A stretch of 64,000 bases of DNA. Source: Octopus vulgaris (Eukaryota). Location: the NCBI GenBank assembly GCA_951406725.2, contig OX597821.1:111910001-111974000 (forward strand), read 5' to 3'. This document shows, piece by piece, positions 12,665-28,399 of this stretch. A program made the position numbers and the translations under genes. Position 1 is the first letter of the stretch, and every line of letters begins with the position of its first letter. The notes under the pieces were generated by a model that searched no databases, was not told the origin of the DNA, and worked only from the letters and a program-made list of their open reading frames with translations.

Positions 12665-13658
12665 ATACATATGACACCTTTGAAAACCAGCGATGTTGCT
12701 TGAGCGTCTACAGTCCAATTAGATCGTTCCACAGAAATTTCACCTGTCATCTCCAGCTTCTTGTAAACATAGGAGAAATATATGATTCGAATTTTAATGA
12801 AGAATTCTTGCGAATTCTTGTTTGCCACCATTTTATAGAGTACAATTAATTGGGAAGATACAGGAAAATTCTTCCTAGTTTATTTGTAAAAGGTCTTGGA
12901 AAATGGTATTTGGGTGCACAAGTGATGGGTCTCCTGCATAGCGGGTCGGTGGGTTGTTGATATGGTTTATTTGCAAGACTGTCAAATGCACTGTGCGGCC
13001 CACAGATATTCATTGTGTACGAAGATCCTGCATCCATCCCTCAGATTCATTCTCTATGATGCTGAAGGCACAGTGGACTTTGTTAAAGTTAGTTGTTTGA
13101 ACGGAAGGATAGTGTGTTTGTTGTAGTACGAGGTAAATGCTGAAGAAGAGAAACTTGTTTCACACTGAGGCGAAACTACTTTCAGAAATTAAAGTGGTTA
13201 TACGAGTTGAAATAATGAATGAGAAACAGAAAATTCTTTACGAGAAATCGGAAGAACGAAGCAATGAAATTTGTATATAGACTTTCTGGCAATGAAAAGA
13301 GAGAAGAGCTGTCCGAGATGGATGATGTTTTTTTTACGAATTAATACATTCAGCAAAGCATTTATAAACAGCCCAGCTATTGTTTACGATTTCATCAATA
13401 AATCAAAATTATTCGAGATGAATCTAGAGTTGTGGAAAAAAACAAATTGAAAGCAGACGATTGCGACATATTTGAGAAAATCAGTGAGAATATTACCCTG
13501 CTGGGAGCAGACAACAATGAAGTCGCTGTAGTAGTCTAGAAGCCTTTTGTTTAGTGACATGTCGAAGTAGATTCCCATTTTCCTGACATTAGTGATTTGG
13601 ATAATCAACTCATCCAAAATTGATTTAGAATTAAACTAGATCAATTCCAGACGATCTA

Positions 13659-13859
13659 CGAGAGGGTGCTGAAACGTTCCTGGTTTCAAGTGGGTCTCAC
13701 GGAAGGCCTTCCAAGTTCTTTTATAGGACTTAGAAAAACTGAAGGACTGCTGCAATAAATGTGTGAATCTGAGAAAATATATGTTGAATAAAATCATAAT
13801 TAATTGTTCCTCTTGTATTTTCTTTCACCCAAAACCAGGAACTTTTCAGCAACCCCTCG
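13659..13859 (+). mobile_element. Mariner-derived MITE (about 200 bp)
   Basis: About 28-bp TIRs (cgagagggtgctgaaacgttcctggttt and the reverse complement cgaggggttgctgaaaagttcctggttt), TA flanks, residual KCV.L...YVE* end. Confidence 0.8.
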
Positions 13860-16168
13860 TACAAGATGAATTTGTAGAATATATTACTGCTTCCAAGGTC
13901 AAAGATCAGGTCACAAAGAGATACTCCCGAATCAAAACTCTGGTGTTCCATGGTGAATTTTCTTCTTTTAAAAGCAGGTGTGAACGGTCATTTGCTGGCG
14001 CCACCCATTCACAGTTGTAATGAAGATTTTTTTCAGGAATATGTTCAACCAAACACAAATTTCTTGGAAGGCAGTCGGTTAAGAATGGTATAAGAATGTG
14101 TCTTTAAAAATGTGCCAAAAACCGAGTCACTGGAAAAACAGAAGCTCATCTATCTTATTCACAAATTGAATATTAAATTAAATTGGTTAAATAATATATA
14201 TCTATTATCTTTTGTAGGTTATCAATACATTTTAGACAATGTTCTTCACAACAGGTACATCAATATTTGCCAGACAGAATGGAAAGGTATGCTGGAACAA
14301 AATTTTTCTGAACACTCGGTCTAGATTGTAGATTTGATTTTAAAACATGTAAGACAAAAAACGGGACACTGGGAGAATTAAAAGGGGGTAAAGACCCCCT
14401 TCGGTCATGAATGACCATGGGATTGCACCTAGAAAGTTACGCTCCAAGGCACAAGTCCTGGCAAGGTTGTTTATGGAAGACCAGCGGTCGCCCATGCATG
14501 CTCATTTCCCCTCTCCACGCCACTGATGTTATCCAAGGGAAAGGCAAAGGGGCCGATTACATCTTGGCGCCAATGACGTCGCAACTCAACTCTACAGCTG
14601 AGTGAACTGGAGTAATGTGAAATAAAGTGTCTTGCTCAAGAACACAACACACAGTCCGATCTGGGAATCGAACTTGCTACCTCATGACAGTGAGCCGCCG
14701 CTCTAACCGTTAAGGCATGAGCCTTCAAGTCAGATTTAGCAGGGTATTAAAGAAAAAGAACAATTTTTAGTATTGAAATATGTTCGTTTACATTCTGACT
14801 TCATGCTCTGTGAAGGTCGGTTTTTATTTTTCAGCTATTCGGGGACAGGTAAGTTAGGTAGCAGTATTTTAGTAAATGTGTCACCTGTGCCTATGTTAAT
14901 AAACGATTTAAAAATATTTTTAAAAACAACAAAAAAAGAAAAAGGAATTTTCTCGACGATTCTATTGTAATGCAAATTTAGAATAATGCAAGTTTTTTTT
15001 TTATTCATTTCTTACAAATATAATTATACATTTGTTATTTTTGGTTTGCGCTTCATCATATAGAATTCTGATTCAATCCAAAATTTATTTAAGAATTTTC
15101 AAAGTTTTCCCAATAAAGAATATGGTTGACCAAGGAGTTAATCCCTCTACCATTACATGTAAGTGCTTTATCTTTGGTTATTAAAGATATTTAAAAAGTA
15201 AAAAAGAAACATTTTTGTGTGTGTTACTAATTATTTTTATGGTTGTTGTCGTCTCATTTGTTTATTGTCTGAGAGGTGAGGGAAAACAGAAGAGAAATCG
15301 TTGGTAAAAGATATATCCAACAGAAACTAAAACGGAAATTCTGAATGGCTGCTTCTGTCTGCCACAAGCAAAGTTAGAACGAAATGGCGATGGTAAATAG
15401 TCGTGGATCTTCGTCGTTTGATGACGAAGATTCAGTTGTTAAATCGATTAAATTACCTGCTCTCGGATTAACACATAAATGGTAAATGACTGAGTACTCC
15501 ACAGAGACGTGTATAGCCTTAATGTGATTCTCATACAGAACCAGCACGACAGTTGTACGTTTTGAATTACTGAACAATTCATCCAACGGGCTTCATTACA
15601 GTTTCCGTCTATCCATTTCCCCTTACAAGGTATGGGATGATTAGAAGCTAGAAAAAAAATGTCCTTCTCCCCAGATGCCATTCAGTGGAATCGAACTTGA
15701 ACTTATTCGTTGCGAAGCGAATTTCTTAAATATTCCGTCATACTGTATCTGGAGAGCGAGCGATGAAAAATATAAAAAAATGACTGGAAGAGGAACTCTG
15801 CCACAGATACCCATTCCCTCAAAACAAATGCTTCCTGTAAAGTATTCAAGTTAATGAAAAACCAACCAAGACACAACGTGTTGTTTCTTGCATGCTATCA
15901 AATCTAGAGCGTTCTTTGTTCTTTCGTTTTACGTCCGTTGTTTTCATGCTAGCAAGGGTTAGACAAACACATATTATTGAAACATTACTTCTACATCCAG
16001 ATGCTCTTCCTGTCGCAAATGTTAATCAGTGTTTTTTTTTTCTCGTTTTTTCCAGTTAAAGGAGTTGTTACTCCCCTTGTCTTCAAAAGTCGAATTGGTG
16101 GCAGGAAAAGGTCAATAAGTCACCGCCCGTAGCCCAGCGACATTTTTTCAGACAAGCGCAAAATATAA

Positions 16169-16204
<36 letters not shown>

Positions 16205-16472
16205 ACACTCACACACACATTCACATGCATACACGCAACATGTTTTTGTACTGTTTCAGCTTACGAGTTATACACAAAAGGTTTTCGTTGGCCTAAGGCT
16301 ATTGTAGAAGACACTTGCCCCAAAGGAGACACACAGTAGGACTGAACCTGTAACTATGTGGTTGAGAAGTGAACTTCTTAACCACACAGCTACACAATAC
16401 CTGGTTGGTACTTTATTTTATCAACCCAGAGAGGTTGAAAGGCAAAGTTGACATCAGCAGAATTTGAACTCA

Positions 16473-16552
<80 letters not shown>

Positions 16553-16940
16553 GGTGTACCCTTATCAGACGGGTAGTCATGATGGGTATATTGGGCTTCG
16601 TATATTTTATCCCAGTGTCACTTTGATGGCATGAACTGCTTTCTCACTCAATGATAATAAAAATAATAATCTTCTTTTATTCTTTCATTTCTTTACTTGT
16701 TTCAGTTATTTGACTGCAGCCATGCTGGAGCATCACCTTTAGTTGGACAAATCGACGAATTCTTTGTAAGTCTAGCATTTATTCTATTAGTCCCTTTTGC
16801 CGAACCGCTAAGTTACAGGGACGTAAACACACCAACATCGGTTGACAAACGATGGTGGGGTGGGGGGACAAACACAGACACACAAACAAATACATATAAT
16901 AACAATGATAATAATAACAACAATAATAATGATAACAATG

Positions 16941-16981
<41 letters not shown>

Positions 16982-17354
16982 GATTTCAAATTTTGCCATA
17001 CTAGGGCAGCCATTTTAGAGAAGGGGATCAGTCGATAACATCGATCCCAGTGTTTTACTGGTTCTTAATTTATCGACCCCGAAAGAATGAAAAGCAAAGT
17101 CGACCACGGCGGAATTTGAACTTAGAATGTAAAGACAGACAAAATAGAATGTAAAGACAGACAAGGGGCTAAACACAGAGGACAAACAAATGAAGTAAGT
17201 CGTTTACATCGACCCCAGTGCATAACTGGTACTTATTTTATCGAAAGGATGAAAGGCAAAGTCGACCTCGGCGGAATTTGAACCCAGAACATAACGGCAG
17301 ACGAAATACCGCTTAGCCCGGCGTGCTAACGTTTCTGCCAGCTCGCCGCCTTTT

Positions 17355-17397
<43 letters not shown>

Positions 17398-17995
17398 TAA
17401 TAAAACAAATGGCATAAATATACTTCATAATTAAAGTTATTTGCCAGCTTCCTCGTTAAGTTGTTTTCTTTTTGTTTAAATGTGCTGAGCAACTGATATA
17501 AAATTAGATATTTGGTTCCCATTGAAAAAAATCAATAAATTAACTTTTTTTTTTTTTAGAAAAAAAATATCCAGTTTTTTTTCTCTCTGTGTTAGTTTTA
17601 TAAAACTAGAAACAAGAACACAATTAAACATAATTTAAAATTACTGCTTAATGATTAAACAGAAAGAGAGAAAATGTAGCTCTGTGTTTTTGTCTGTTTT
17701 TTTCCCCAAGAAAACTGTGAGGAAAATAAATAAAATAAAATATAAGTAAATAAATAAATAAAAAAACACCTAAAATTTCTTGTCATTTGGTTGTGTTAGT
17801 AACAAACTGGAAGTTTGTTAACATCATGAATATCGTTATCAAATTAGTTATTTTTGTCATAATTACAGGAAACTAAAACTCAGAGTTTTGTACGTACCAT
17901 CCACAGTCTTGCTGGTAATTGTTATCGTAAATGCTAACGCATCAACAGGAAGCCAATAAGTAACTTGTATGTAAGTACACAAGTCGCAACTTGTT

Positions 17996-18017
17996 ATCCT
18001 CCTCCTCCTCCTCCTCC

Positions 18018-18050
<33 letters not shown>

Positions 18051-18260
18051 CCATAACCATCATCATCACCACCACCATCATCATCATCATCATCATCACC
18101 ATAACCATCATCATCATCATCACCATAACCATCATCATCACCATCATAATAATCATCATCATCATCATCATCATCATAACCATCATCACCACCACCACCA
18201 CCACCACCACCACCACCACCAACACCATAACCATCATCATCATCATCATCATCATCGTCA
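17996..18260. repeat. (CCT)/(CAT)/(CAC) trinucleotide microsatellite
   Basis: Direct inspection; a similar (GAT)n tract lies at 25637-25995. Confidence 0.95.
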
Positions 18261-19090
18261 TTGTCGTCTTCATTTTTATCATTATTAAGGCAGCAAGCTG
18301 GCAGAATTCTTACCCCACCAGACGAAATGCTTGCTGGCGTTTCGTCCGTCTTTTATGTTCTGCGTTCGAATTCAGAACATAAACTATGCCGTTCATCCTT
18401 TCAACGTCAATGAAATAAGTACCAGTAATACACTGGGGTCGATGCAATCGACTAGTCCCCTCCCTCAAAATGGCTGCCCTTGTGCCTGTTATAGAAAGGA
18501 TTATCATTCTTCTTCTTCTTCTTCTTCTTCTTCTTCTTCTTCTTCTTCTTCTTCTTCTTCTTCTTCTCATTAATATTATTATTATTATTATTATTAATAA
18601 GGTGTCGAGCTGGCAGAATCGTTAGCACGCCGGGCGAAATGCCCGTCCTTACATCCTGAGTTCAAATTACGTTGAAGTGACTTCGCCTTTCATCCTTTCA
18701 GGGTTCATAAATTAAGTACCAGTGAAACACTGGGGTCAATTACATCGACTTAATCCCTTCCCCCAGATTTGAAACCTTGTGCTTCCAGTAGAAAAGAATT
18801 GTTACTGCACTAGACAATAACTTACTATATACATAAACAGATGTAAGAAGATGATGATATACATATATATACATATATATGTGTGTGTATTTGTGTGTGT
18901 GTGTGTGTGTGAGCGTGCGTGCGTATACGACGGGCTTCTTTAAGTTTCTGTCTACCAAATCCACTCACAAGACTTTGGTTGGCCCCAGGTTATAGTAGAA
19001 GACATTTGCCTAAGGTGCCATGCAATGGGACTGAACTCGGAACCATGTGGTTGGGAAGCAAGCTACTTACCACACAGCTACTCCTGTACC

Positions 19091-19144
<54 letters not shown>

Positions 19145-19629
19145 TTTGTGTGTCTGTTTGTCCCCCACCACCATCAGTTGACGACCGATGTTGGTGTGTT
19201 TACGTCCCCGTAACCTAGCGGCGAAAGACACCGATAAGAATAAGTACCAGGCCCACAAAGAATAAGTCCTAGGGTCAATTTGTTCGACTAAAGGTGGTGC
19301 TCCAGTATGGCCGCAGTCAAATGACTGAAACAAGTAAAAGAATAAAAGTTGTGTGTGTGTGTGTGTGTGTAGGTGTGTGGCTTAGTGGTTTGGGTGTTGG
19401 ACTCGTGATTGTAAGATTGTGATTTCGATTGCTGGTCCTGGCGACGCATTGTGTTCTGGAGCAAGACACTTCATTTCACGTTACTCCTGTCCACTCAGCT
19501 GGCAAAAATGAGTTACCCTGTGAGGGACTGGCATCCAATCCAGGTGGGGCAAGATATACGTCATGGAAACCGGGAAACAGTCCCCTTATGAGCCTTGCAT
19601 GGCTCGAGAAGGAAGCATTTGTTATTTTT

Positions 19630-19881
19630 ATTCTTTTATTCTTTTACTTGTTTCAGTCATTTTGACTGCGGCCATGCTGGAGCACCGCCTTTAGTCGAGC
19701 AAATCGACCCCAGGACTTATTGTTTGTAAGCCTAGTACTTATTCTATCGGTCTCTTTAGCCGAACCGCTAAGTTACGGGGACGCAAACACACCAGCATCG
19801 GTTGTCAAGCGATGCTGGGGGTACAAACACAGACGCTCAAACATATACATACACATACATACACATACACACATACACACA

Positions 19882-19954
<73 letters not shown>

Positions 19955-20122
19955 TATACATATATACGACGGACTTCTTTCAGTTTCCGTCAACCAAATC
20001 CACTCACAAGGCTTTGGTCGGCCCAAGGCTGTAGTAGAAGACACTTGCCCAAGGTGTCACGCAGTGGGATTGAATCTAGAACTATGTGGCTGGTAAGCAA
20101 GCTACTTACCACACAGCCACTC

Positions 20123-20125
<3 letters not shown>
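19630..20125 (-). mobile_element. SINE family B, full length
   Basis: Head, internal (TA)n/(TG)n and tail all present. Confidence 0.85.
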
Positions 20126-20179
<54 letters not shown>

Positions 20180-20920
20180 CACATAAACGCATACATAAGC
20201 ATGTATATGTACATGGTTATACGTAAATTTCTACAAACACATGTATAACACACACATACACACGCATGCACACACACATGCACACACACACACACACACA
20301 CACACTCATATGCAATAAAGGCCTATATTTCATATTCAATGAAGGCAGAGAAACCAGTGAGAGCAATGATGGGTAAAAAACCATGTTTTGACAGGCTTTC
20401 CTCATTTAAAATGATATATAATATACCATATCTGCTACACGGGGTTTCACTTGTTGCATTATGTGACTCATCAAAAACACAAAAACACAAATATAAATTC
20501 AATAATTCACATTATTGGTTAGGTGGAATCCTTGGTCAAATTCTTCGCGTAATTTTTCATTTTTAGCAGTAATTCACAAATGCTTGACATCTAAAGACCT
20601 TTTTTTTTTTTATATTTTTGGTAAAACCCACACTCAGTTTTAAAACGCTTAATGCAAAGAATAAATATAACTAACAAATATATTTATTAACAAAATAAAT
20701 TGGGGAATTATTGTTGCTATTATGCATATTTGTAGAGTGTGTGAGTAGAGTGTGTATATATGTGTTAGTGTCTGCTTTAAGTGTGCGTGTGTGTGTGTGT
20801 TTTTACATCTCTGTCTGTGTGTATATGCATATTTTAATATAGGCATGCGTATATATATGTATATATATATATATATATATGCATATACGTATATCTATCA
20901 ACCTACCTATCTACCCATAC

Positions 20921-20960
<40 letters not shown>

Positions 20961-21037
20961 TCATATAAATATATATATACACACACACACACATATATAT
21001 ATATATATTCATATATATACATATATATATATACGCA

Positions 21038-21085
<48 letters not shown>

Positions 21086-21112
21086 TATATATACATATAT
21101 ATATATACGCAT

Positions 21113-21144
<32 letters not shown>

Positions 21145-21484
21145 TCATACATGTATGCACACACACACATATATATAGATATATGCATATATATATATAT
21201 GTATACATATGTATATATGCATATATGTATGTATACATATGTATGTATGTGTGTATATATATATCAAAGGTTTCAACAAGGAGAATAACACTCGATCATC
21301 TAAGAGAGCAAAAATAATGTTATAACAATAACCATAAGTCATGTTAAATACTGCTACCCAGGGTTTCTTGTTTGAAACATTAATTTATTTCACCATTTTT
21401 CAAGCTGAGAACGAGACCGTTTGTCAGTTGCTAATAATAAATATATATATATATATATACACACATACACATATATACTGGGCC

Positions 21485-21850
21485 CCAGTGGTTAGGGCAG
21501 CGGACTCGCGGTCATAGGATCGCGGTTTCGATTCCCAGACCGGGTGTTGTGCGAATTTATTGAGCGAAAACACCTAAAGCTCCACGAGGCCCCGGCAGGG
21601 AGTTGTGGCGAACCCTGCTTTACTCTTACATCACAACCTTCTCTCACTTTTTCTTCCTGTTTCTGTTGAACCTGTATTTCAAAGGACCAGCCTTGTCACA
21701 CTGTGTGTCACGCTGAATCTCCCCGAGGGTACGCTAAGGGTACACGTGTCTGTGGAGTGCTCAGCCACATGCACGTTAATTTCACGAGCAAGCTGTTTCG
21801 TTGATTGGATCAACTGGAACACTCGTCGGCGTTATAACCGACGGGGTCCC
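21485..21850 (+). mobile_element. SINE family E
   Basis: cagtggttagggcagcggactcg...ttcgattccc head; tail shared with 255-462 and 3412-3580, head shared with 43375-43660. Confidence 0.75.
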
Positions 21851-21851
21851 A

Positions 21852-21911
<60 letters not shown>

Positions 21912-22038
21912 TGTGTCCACTATGTGGTTGCTCTTGCGCTAAAAATAGATCCGCTATGGTCTCAACCACCATTATTTTTGATTTCCATTTTCTACAAGTG
22001 GAGGCTCCATATACGACATAACCCTGCAATTCACATAC

Positions 22039-22133
<95 letters not shown>

Positions 22134-22473
22134 TAGATAGATAGATAGATAGATAGATTGAGGTAAACGATAGCAAGCTAACCGAAATTATTCTACATTC
22201 ATTTCCTAGTAAACGGAAAGTTTTAAAATTTTATCAAGCGTTTTTAAGACAAGTGTTTTAACTCAAAATACAAACATACATAAATAAGTATACACACTTC
22301 GGTATATGAATGCATACACACACACACATACATATATACATACATTCATACATACATACGTACGTACATTCATACATATATATATATATACATACATATA
22401 TATAGATAGATAGATATACACATGCACACACGCACATACATACACACACATATTTATATACACATGTGTGTGT

Positions 22474-22505
<32 letters not shown>

Positions 22506-23111
22506 AACCTTTGCTGCTATTTTATTGTGATTGTGTGTGTGTGTGTGTTTGTGTGTTGTACATATAATCCTATATATGTACATTTGTACGTGTGCTTTGC
22601 TTTGTTTTAAATCCGCTTGTGTACACACTAGTGGAAAGAAATCCTGAGATTTGAACATCCGGTTCAATAGTAGAATATTATTAAAACAGTCAGAAATAGA
22701 ATCTTTTGCTGTGAAAAGAGGAGATTATCGAAGATCTACAGACGAGAGGTTGAGCGGGGGGTGGTCGAGTGCAGGGGGTGAGTGGTGGGGTGGCATGTGT
22801 AGAATGTAAAGAGAGATGCTAGTTTAGAGACGAAGTTTTTAAATACAGAACTGTAACAGGAAGAGTAGAGTTGGGGGGGAGGTTGATGGGGATGGTGGTG
22901 AGAAAATGGAGGGGTGGGGTGGGGGTAGAGGGCATAGGGGTGTGGGTGAGCGACTCTATGTTTTCATTTGTGTGGAATGAAGTGAAAATTGAAGACTCGA
23001 AGAGATCTCTATCATGAAAACGTTGAAAAGAGAGAGAGAGAGAGAGGGAGAGAGAGAGAGAAAGGGTGAGAGAAAGAGAGACAAACAGACAGACGGACTG
23101 TGCAAACTGTA

Positions 23112-23152
<41 letters not shown>

Positions 23153-23479
23153 TGCGGTGCTGGTGGGGCTTTGTGGTTAAGAATCTTGCTTCGAAACAAT
23201 AGGGTTTCACATCCAGTCCCCTCCTGTCTTCTTCTATAACCCTGGGCCGATTAAATCTTTGTAAGTGAATTTGGAAAACAGAAACTGTCCAAAAGTCATT
23301 GAGAGGTTGCAATCTTTGATAGTTCTTTATTTTCTGACTATTTTTCAGGGATTTTATGGACCAGGTCCTGGAAATTAATTATGGAAAAATATTGCGCCGC
23401 ATAACGCACCCGAGCGGTGAAATTGTTCTATCAAAATCAGGGTTGAATTATTCAAACTCAGAGAGCACCAAAAAGAATT

Positions 23480-23680
23480 GCATGCCATAAAGTGAACATT
23501 GTGGTGTGTAATTACGGTGGTTGAGAGAATCGGACCTTATTCCTTTGAGGACGATGATGGGAATGCGGTCACTGTGACTGGTGAACAGTACAGGTCCATG
23601 ATCGAGAATCTTTTGTGCCTGGCCGTTCCAAATTGGGCCGATATGTGGTTCCAGCAAGATGGGGCAACAGCTACAGCAAC
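23480..23680 (+). mobile_element. Tc1/mariner-superfamily transposase fragment
   Basis: IGPYSFEDDDGNAVTVTGEQYRSMI...MWFQQDGATA catalytic-domain motif. Confidence 0.75.
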
Positions 23681-24027
23681 ATTGTATTATTTGTTCCTTT
23701 CTTATGGGCACACGAGGAGTATGAAGCAAACGACTCTTCCTTATAGACATGTTCCTTTTCTGATGTGCAATGCTGAAATTGCTGACACCAAAAACATGTA
23801 CAATGGTAGCTTAGACCAAAAAGAAATACCTCAAAATTAATCCCCCACCCAAATGACCTCATAATTGTGCGACTCAACCTCGTTTTGGTGTCAGCTTTTG
23901 TAGTAAAATAGAGTTGCTGTGCTAAAAACTTACTTTACGCTGGTAGCTGAAAGATTGCTCAATCTCTTGGTATCACATACAGCAATATTGGCAGCTCATT
24001 TTCATGGCTACAAATCAGGGTGATGTA

Positions 24028-25317
24028 CGAGGGGCGTTCAATAAGTAATGCCCCTGACCCACTTCCCATAGCAGTAGAGCAACGAAACTTGGCACAGTTA
24101 TTAGTCTTTTTCTACATAGGAACCACCCAGAGTTACGCATTTCTCCCATTGTTTGATGCAGCTCTGGAGACCATTTTTGTAGAAGACCCCAGCTTGGTCC
24201 TCCAACCTGAACGTGACTTCAGAAATCAAGGCTGCATCATCTGGGAAACGCTTTCCTTTCAAAAACAACTTCATGACTGGGAAGAGGTGAAAATCAGAGG
24301 GTGCAAGGTCAGGAAAGTAGGGGGAGGGGGAGGAGTTCATAGCCATACGCCTGTGCTTCTGATCTGGCGACAAGCGAGTTGTGGACCGGAGCGTTGTCCT
24401 GCAGGAGGAGGATGCCTTTGCTGATCTTGCCCCGCCTCTTGATTTTGATAACTTCTCTTAATTTCCCCAAAAGTGAAGCATAATAGGCTCCTGCAATTGT
24501 GGTACCCTTTGCCAAGAAATCTGTCATCACTACTCCGTCCTGGTCCCAGAAGACTGTGAGCATGACCTTGCAAGCGGAGGGCTGTACCCTTGCCTTCTTT
24601 GGAGGGAGTGAGTCACGGTGCTTCCACTGCATTGACTGGGCTTTGGTCTCTGGATCATCGTGATGGACCCAGGTTTCATCCTGTGTGATCAGTCTTTTGA
24701 AAAATTTTGACTCATCTTCTTGGCACATCTCCAAATTCACCCTCGAGCACTCGACGCGTTCTTGCTTCTGGAAAGGCGTGAGCAACCTGGGAATCCATCT
24801 GGCAGACACCTTTTGCATATGCAAATGGTCATGAATGATAGTTTCCACAGACCCGGTACTAATCTTGACCTCATGGGCTATTTGGCGAATAATTATGCGT
24901 CGATCTTCCAAAATGGCAGCCTCAACTTGACGGACAGATGCCTCATCAATGGCAGAAGGGGCGACCAGATCTGGGAGCTGTTTCCACAGAGTTCCGACCA
25001 TGTTTGAATTCACGATGCCAGCGTTTTACAAGGTCATATGATGGGGCATCATCACCATAAGTTACTTTCATTTCATCAAAAGTCTCCCGTGGTGTGCGTC
25101 CTTTCAAATACAAAAACCGGATCACTGCTCGACACTCAAAAGGCTCCATTTCACACTTGACTCGGTTCAAACACCTGTAAATCAAAAACCACAATTAATT
25201 CAGAGCTGTAATTTGCCTCTTACTCTATAGAGATATAAATGATTGCACATTGCAAAATTTCCGCTAGAACAAACAACGGCAAGTGGGTCAGAGGCATTAC
25301 TTATTGAACGTCCCTCG
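24028..25317 (-). mobile_element. Full-length mariner DNA transposon (1290 bp)
   Basis: About 37-bp TIRs (cgaggggcgttcaataagtaatgcccctgacccactt, 2 mismatches between ends) with TA at 24026-27 and 25318-19. Confidence 0.95.
24101..25149 (-). pseudogene. Mariner DD34D transposase, two frameshifts
   Basis: MEPFECRAVIRFLYLKG N-terminus, WIPRLL, QDETW, QDNA and PYFPDLAPSD motifs split over ORFs 24946-25194, 24309-25013 and 24101-24373. Confidence 0.92.
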
Positions 25318-25921
25318 TAGAAGCTGAAATAGTTCTTACCCGTCCCATGATATTTGTTGGCAACTGTGAACAACACATATATACATTAGCTTCCTTAATG
25401 GAAAGGGACATGGTTTTCTGCAAGCATATTTAGTGTCAGTTTATATCAATGTTGGGGCCAACAGAATAAAGAAGGGACTTTTGGGGCTTTATGCAAACGC
25501 ACATACATAAGGATATGAGTAAACAGGGTTAGTGATGTGGGCTGTTTGGCATAAATGTATAGGGAGGTAAATGTATAGGGACGCTGTGCTTCTTGAAAAT
25601 AAATGGGTTATGCTGGTATGCAGAGGTGGGGCAGTAGTGATGATGAAGATGATGAGGATGATGATGATGATGATGGTGATGGTGATGATGATGATGAGGA
25701 TGATGATGAAGGTGGTTGTGGCACTGGCGAAAGATGATGAGGATGATGATGACGATGGTGATGGCGATGATAATGATAGCAGTGACAAAAGATGATGATG
25801 ATGATGATGATGATGAAGGAAGCAGTGGTGGCACTGGTGATGATGATGATGATGACTGTGTTGATGGGGTTGATGATGATAATGATGAGGATGATGATGG
25901 TGGTGATGATGATGGTGGTGG

Positions 25922-25983
<62 letters not shown>

Positions 25984-26133
25984 GTGATGATGATGTGAAT
26001 TACAAACACTTCTAGCAAAGTCACCTGCAGATATATTTCAGTATGAAGAGCGACACTGAATTGGAAATTAAATGAAGCCATCTTTAAGAAACTGACAATT
26101 GATTGCAACTACACACATACTTATATTACGAGG

Positions 26134-26193
<60 letters not shown>

Positions 26194-26374
26194 CATGCAT
26201 GTGCACACACACTCATCTATACACACGCACACATGTATATATATATATATATATATATATATTATCACCAAATGCTTCATGAGATATGTCTGTTCTTTTA
26301 TGAGCCTAGGAAACAAAGCTGCATGGAGCCGAGTTAAACTGTTTGTAAATGACATATATAATATATATGTATAT

Positions 26375-26424
<50 letters not shown>

Positions 26425-26553
26425 GTGTATATATGTGTATATATGTGTGTGTGTGTATATATATAAGTAAGTATATATATACATATACATATATATATAT
26501 GTATATATATATGTATATATATGTATATATATATATATATTTAGATATATATG

Positions 26554-26597
<44 letters not shown>

Positions 26598-26668
26598 TAT
26601 CATCATCATCATTTAACGTCCACTTTCCATGCTAGCATGGGTTGATATATACATATATGTTTGTAATA

Positions 26669-26714
<46 letters not shown>

Positions 26715-26750
26715 TATACATATATACATATACATACATACATACATACA

Positions 26751-26786
<36 letters not shown>

Positions 26787-27159
26787 TATGTGTGTGTGTA
26801 TATATATATATGAAACACAACAAAAGATTTTTTTTCTTGTAAACTAATTATTCTGAGTTTCACCATTGTTAATAGGAAGCAGCCATATTAACTCTTTTAA
26901 ACACTTTGGTAAAATCAAACATAAAATCTGGTGAAATAATGAGATATTTTTCCCTTAGAAAACGAAATAAAAGGGAGTCAAGGAAGTACAAACTGGTGGA
27001 AGTTACCGAAATGTACCAAGTGATCATTGCTATTAAATGCAACGGGAAGTTTCAGCAAAGACAAATATTGGTATATACATATATATCTATCTACCTATCT
27101 ATCTGCCTCTATCGATCTATCTCTATATCTATCTATCTATCTCTATATCTATCTATCTG

Positions 27160-27248
<89 letters not shown>

Positions 27249-27512
27249 ATGTCTGTCTGTCTATCTGCGATACACAGATATTGCTTTGAGCTGAGTGAGG
27301 GTGCTAGATTCTCTTGTTCGAAAATATAAGGACATAGATCGTGTCATATAGCCAGCTGGAAATGATGTCTCCTGGGGCTAAATCACAGCAACTTTCGTCC
27401 TAAACCAGGACTACCATGTTATGTTGGCAAACAATCTTTACTCCATAGTACTGTGGCTGAATATCTCTCGTTCTGAGATTTACAAATAGTAATATTCTAT
27501 TACTACACACAC

Positions 27513-27563
<51 letters not shown>

Positions 27564-27564
27564 C

Positions 27565-27985
27565 TCTTTTATTCTTTTATTTGTTTCAGTCATTTGACTG
27601 TGGCTATGCTGTCTTTAGTAGAGCAAATTGATCCCAGGACTTATACTTTGTGAGCATAGTACTTATTCTATCGGTCTCTTTTGCAGAACTGCTAAGTTAC
27701 AGGGATATAAACATACCAACATCGGTTGTCAAGCGATGGTGGGGGGACAAATACAGACACAAACACACACACACTCACACACACACACACACACACACAA
27801 ACACAAATATATACATGTATGTATATATATATATATATACAATGGGCTTCTTTTAGTTTCCGTCTACCAAATCCACTCACAAGGCTTTGGTTGGCCTGAG
27901 GCTATAGTAGAAGACACTTGCCCAAGGTACCATGCAGTGGGACTGAACCCGGAACCATGTGGTTGGGAAAGAAGCTTCTTACCAC
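27565..27985 (-). mobile_element. SINE family B, full length
   Basis: Same head, internal microsatellite and tail. Confidence 0.85.
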
Positions 27986-28399
27986 ATGGCAGAAGTTGAC
28001 TTGTGATAGAGTAAGATTACTTTTACTCTTAGAAACATCTCGAGTTTCTTCTTACCATTGCTGATGATATCTACATGGCTCTGAAGACCTACAAGAGACT
28101 TACTAGTCATTCCACAACGATCACATGTCTGCACCCCACCTCCACCAGTGAAAGCCCAACCATCTGGATGGTGGGGCCTACAATGCTGACTGATTCCACT
28201 GACTGACCCACACACTCTGTTACAAAAGGTGCATGAAAGAGCATGCTGGACAAAAGACCCCCTTCAGTCATAAAGGACCATGGAATTGCACCTAGAAAGT
28301 CACCCACCAAGGCACAAGTCTGAGCTAGGTTTTTTTAAGGATGACCAGCAGTCGCCCATGCATAGCAGCTTTCTCTGTTATCCATGTGAAAGGTAAAGG

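Noticed and set aside
12680-13120. ORF of the element carrying the 12437 hammerhead
   Set aside because: No recognisable RT or GIY-YIG motifs; multiple stops.
17863-18288. Poly-His/poly-Met ORFs, and poly-Asp at 25716-26015
   Set aside because: Trinucleotide microsatellites with no splice or domain support.
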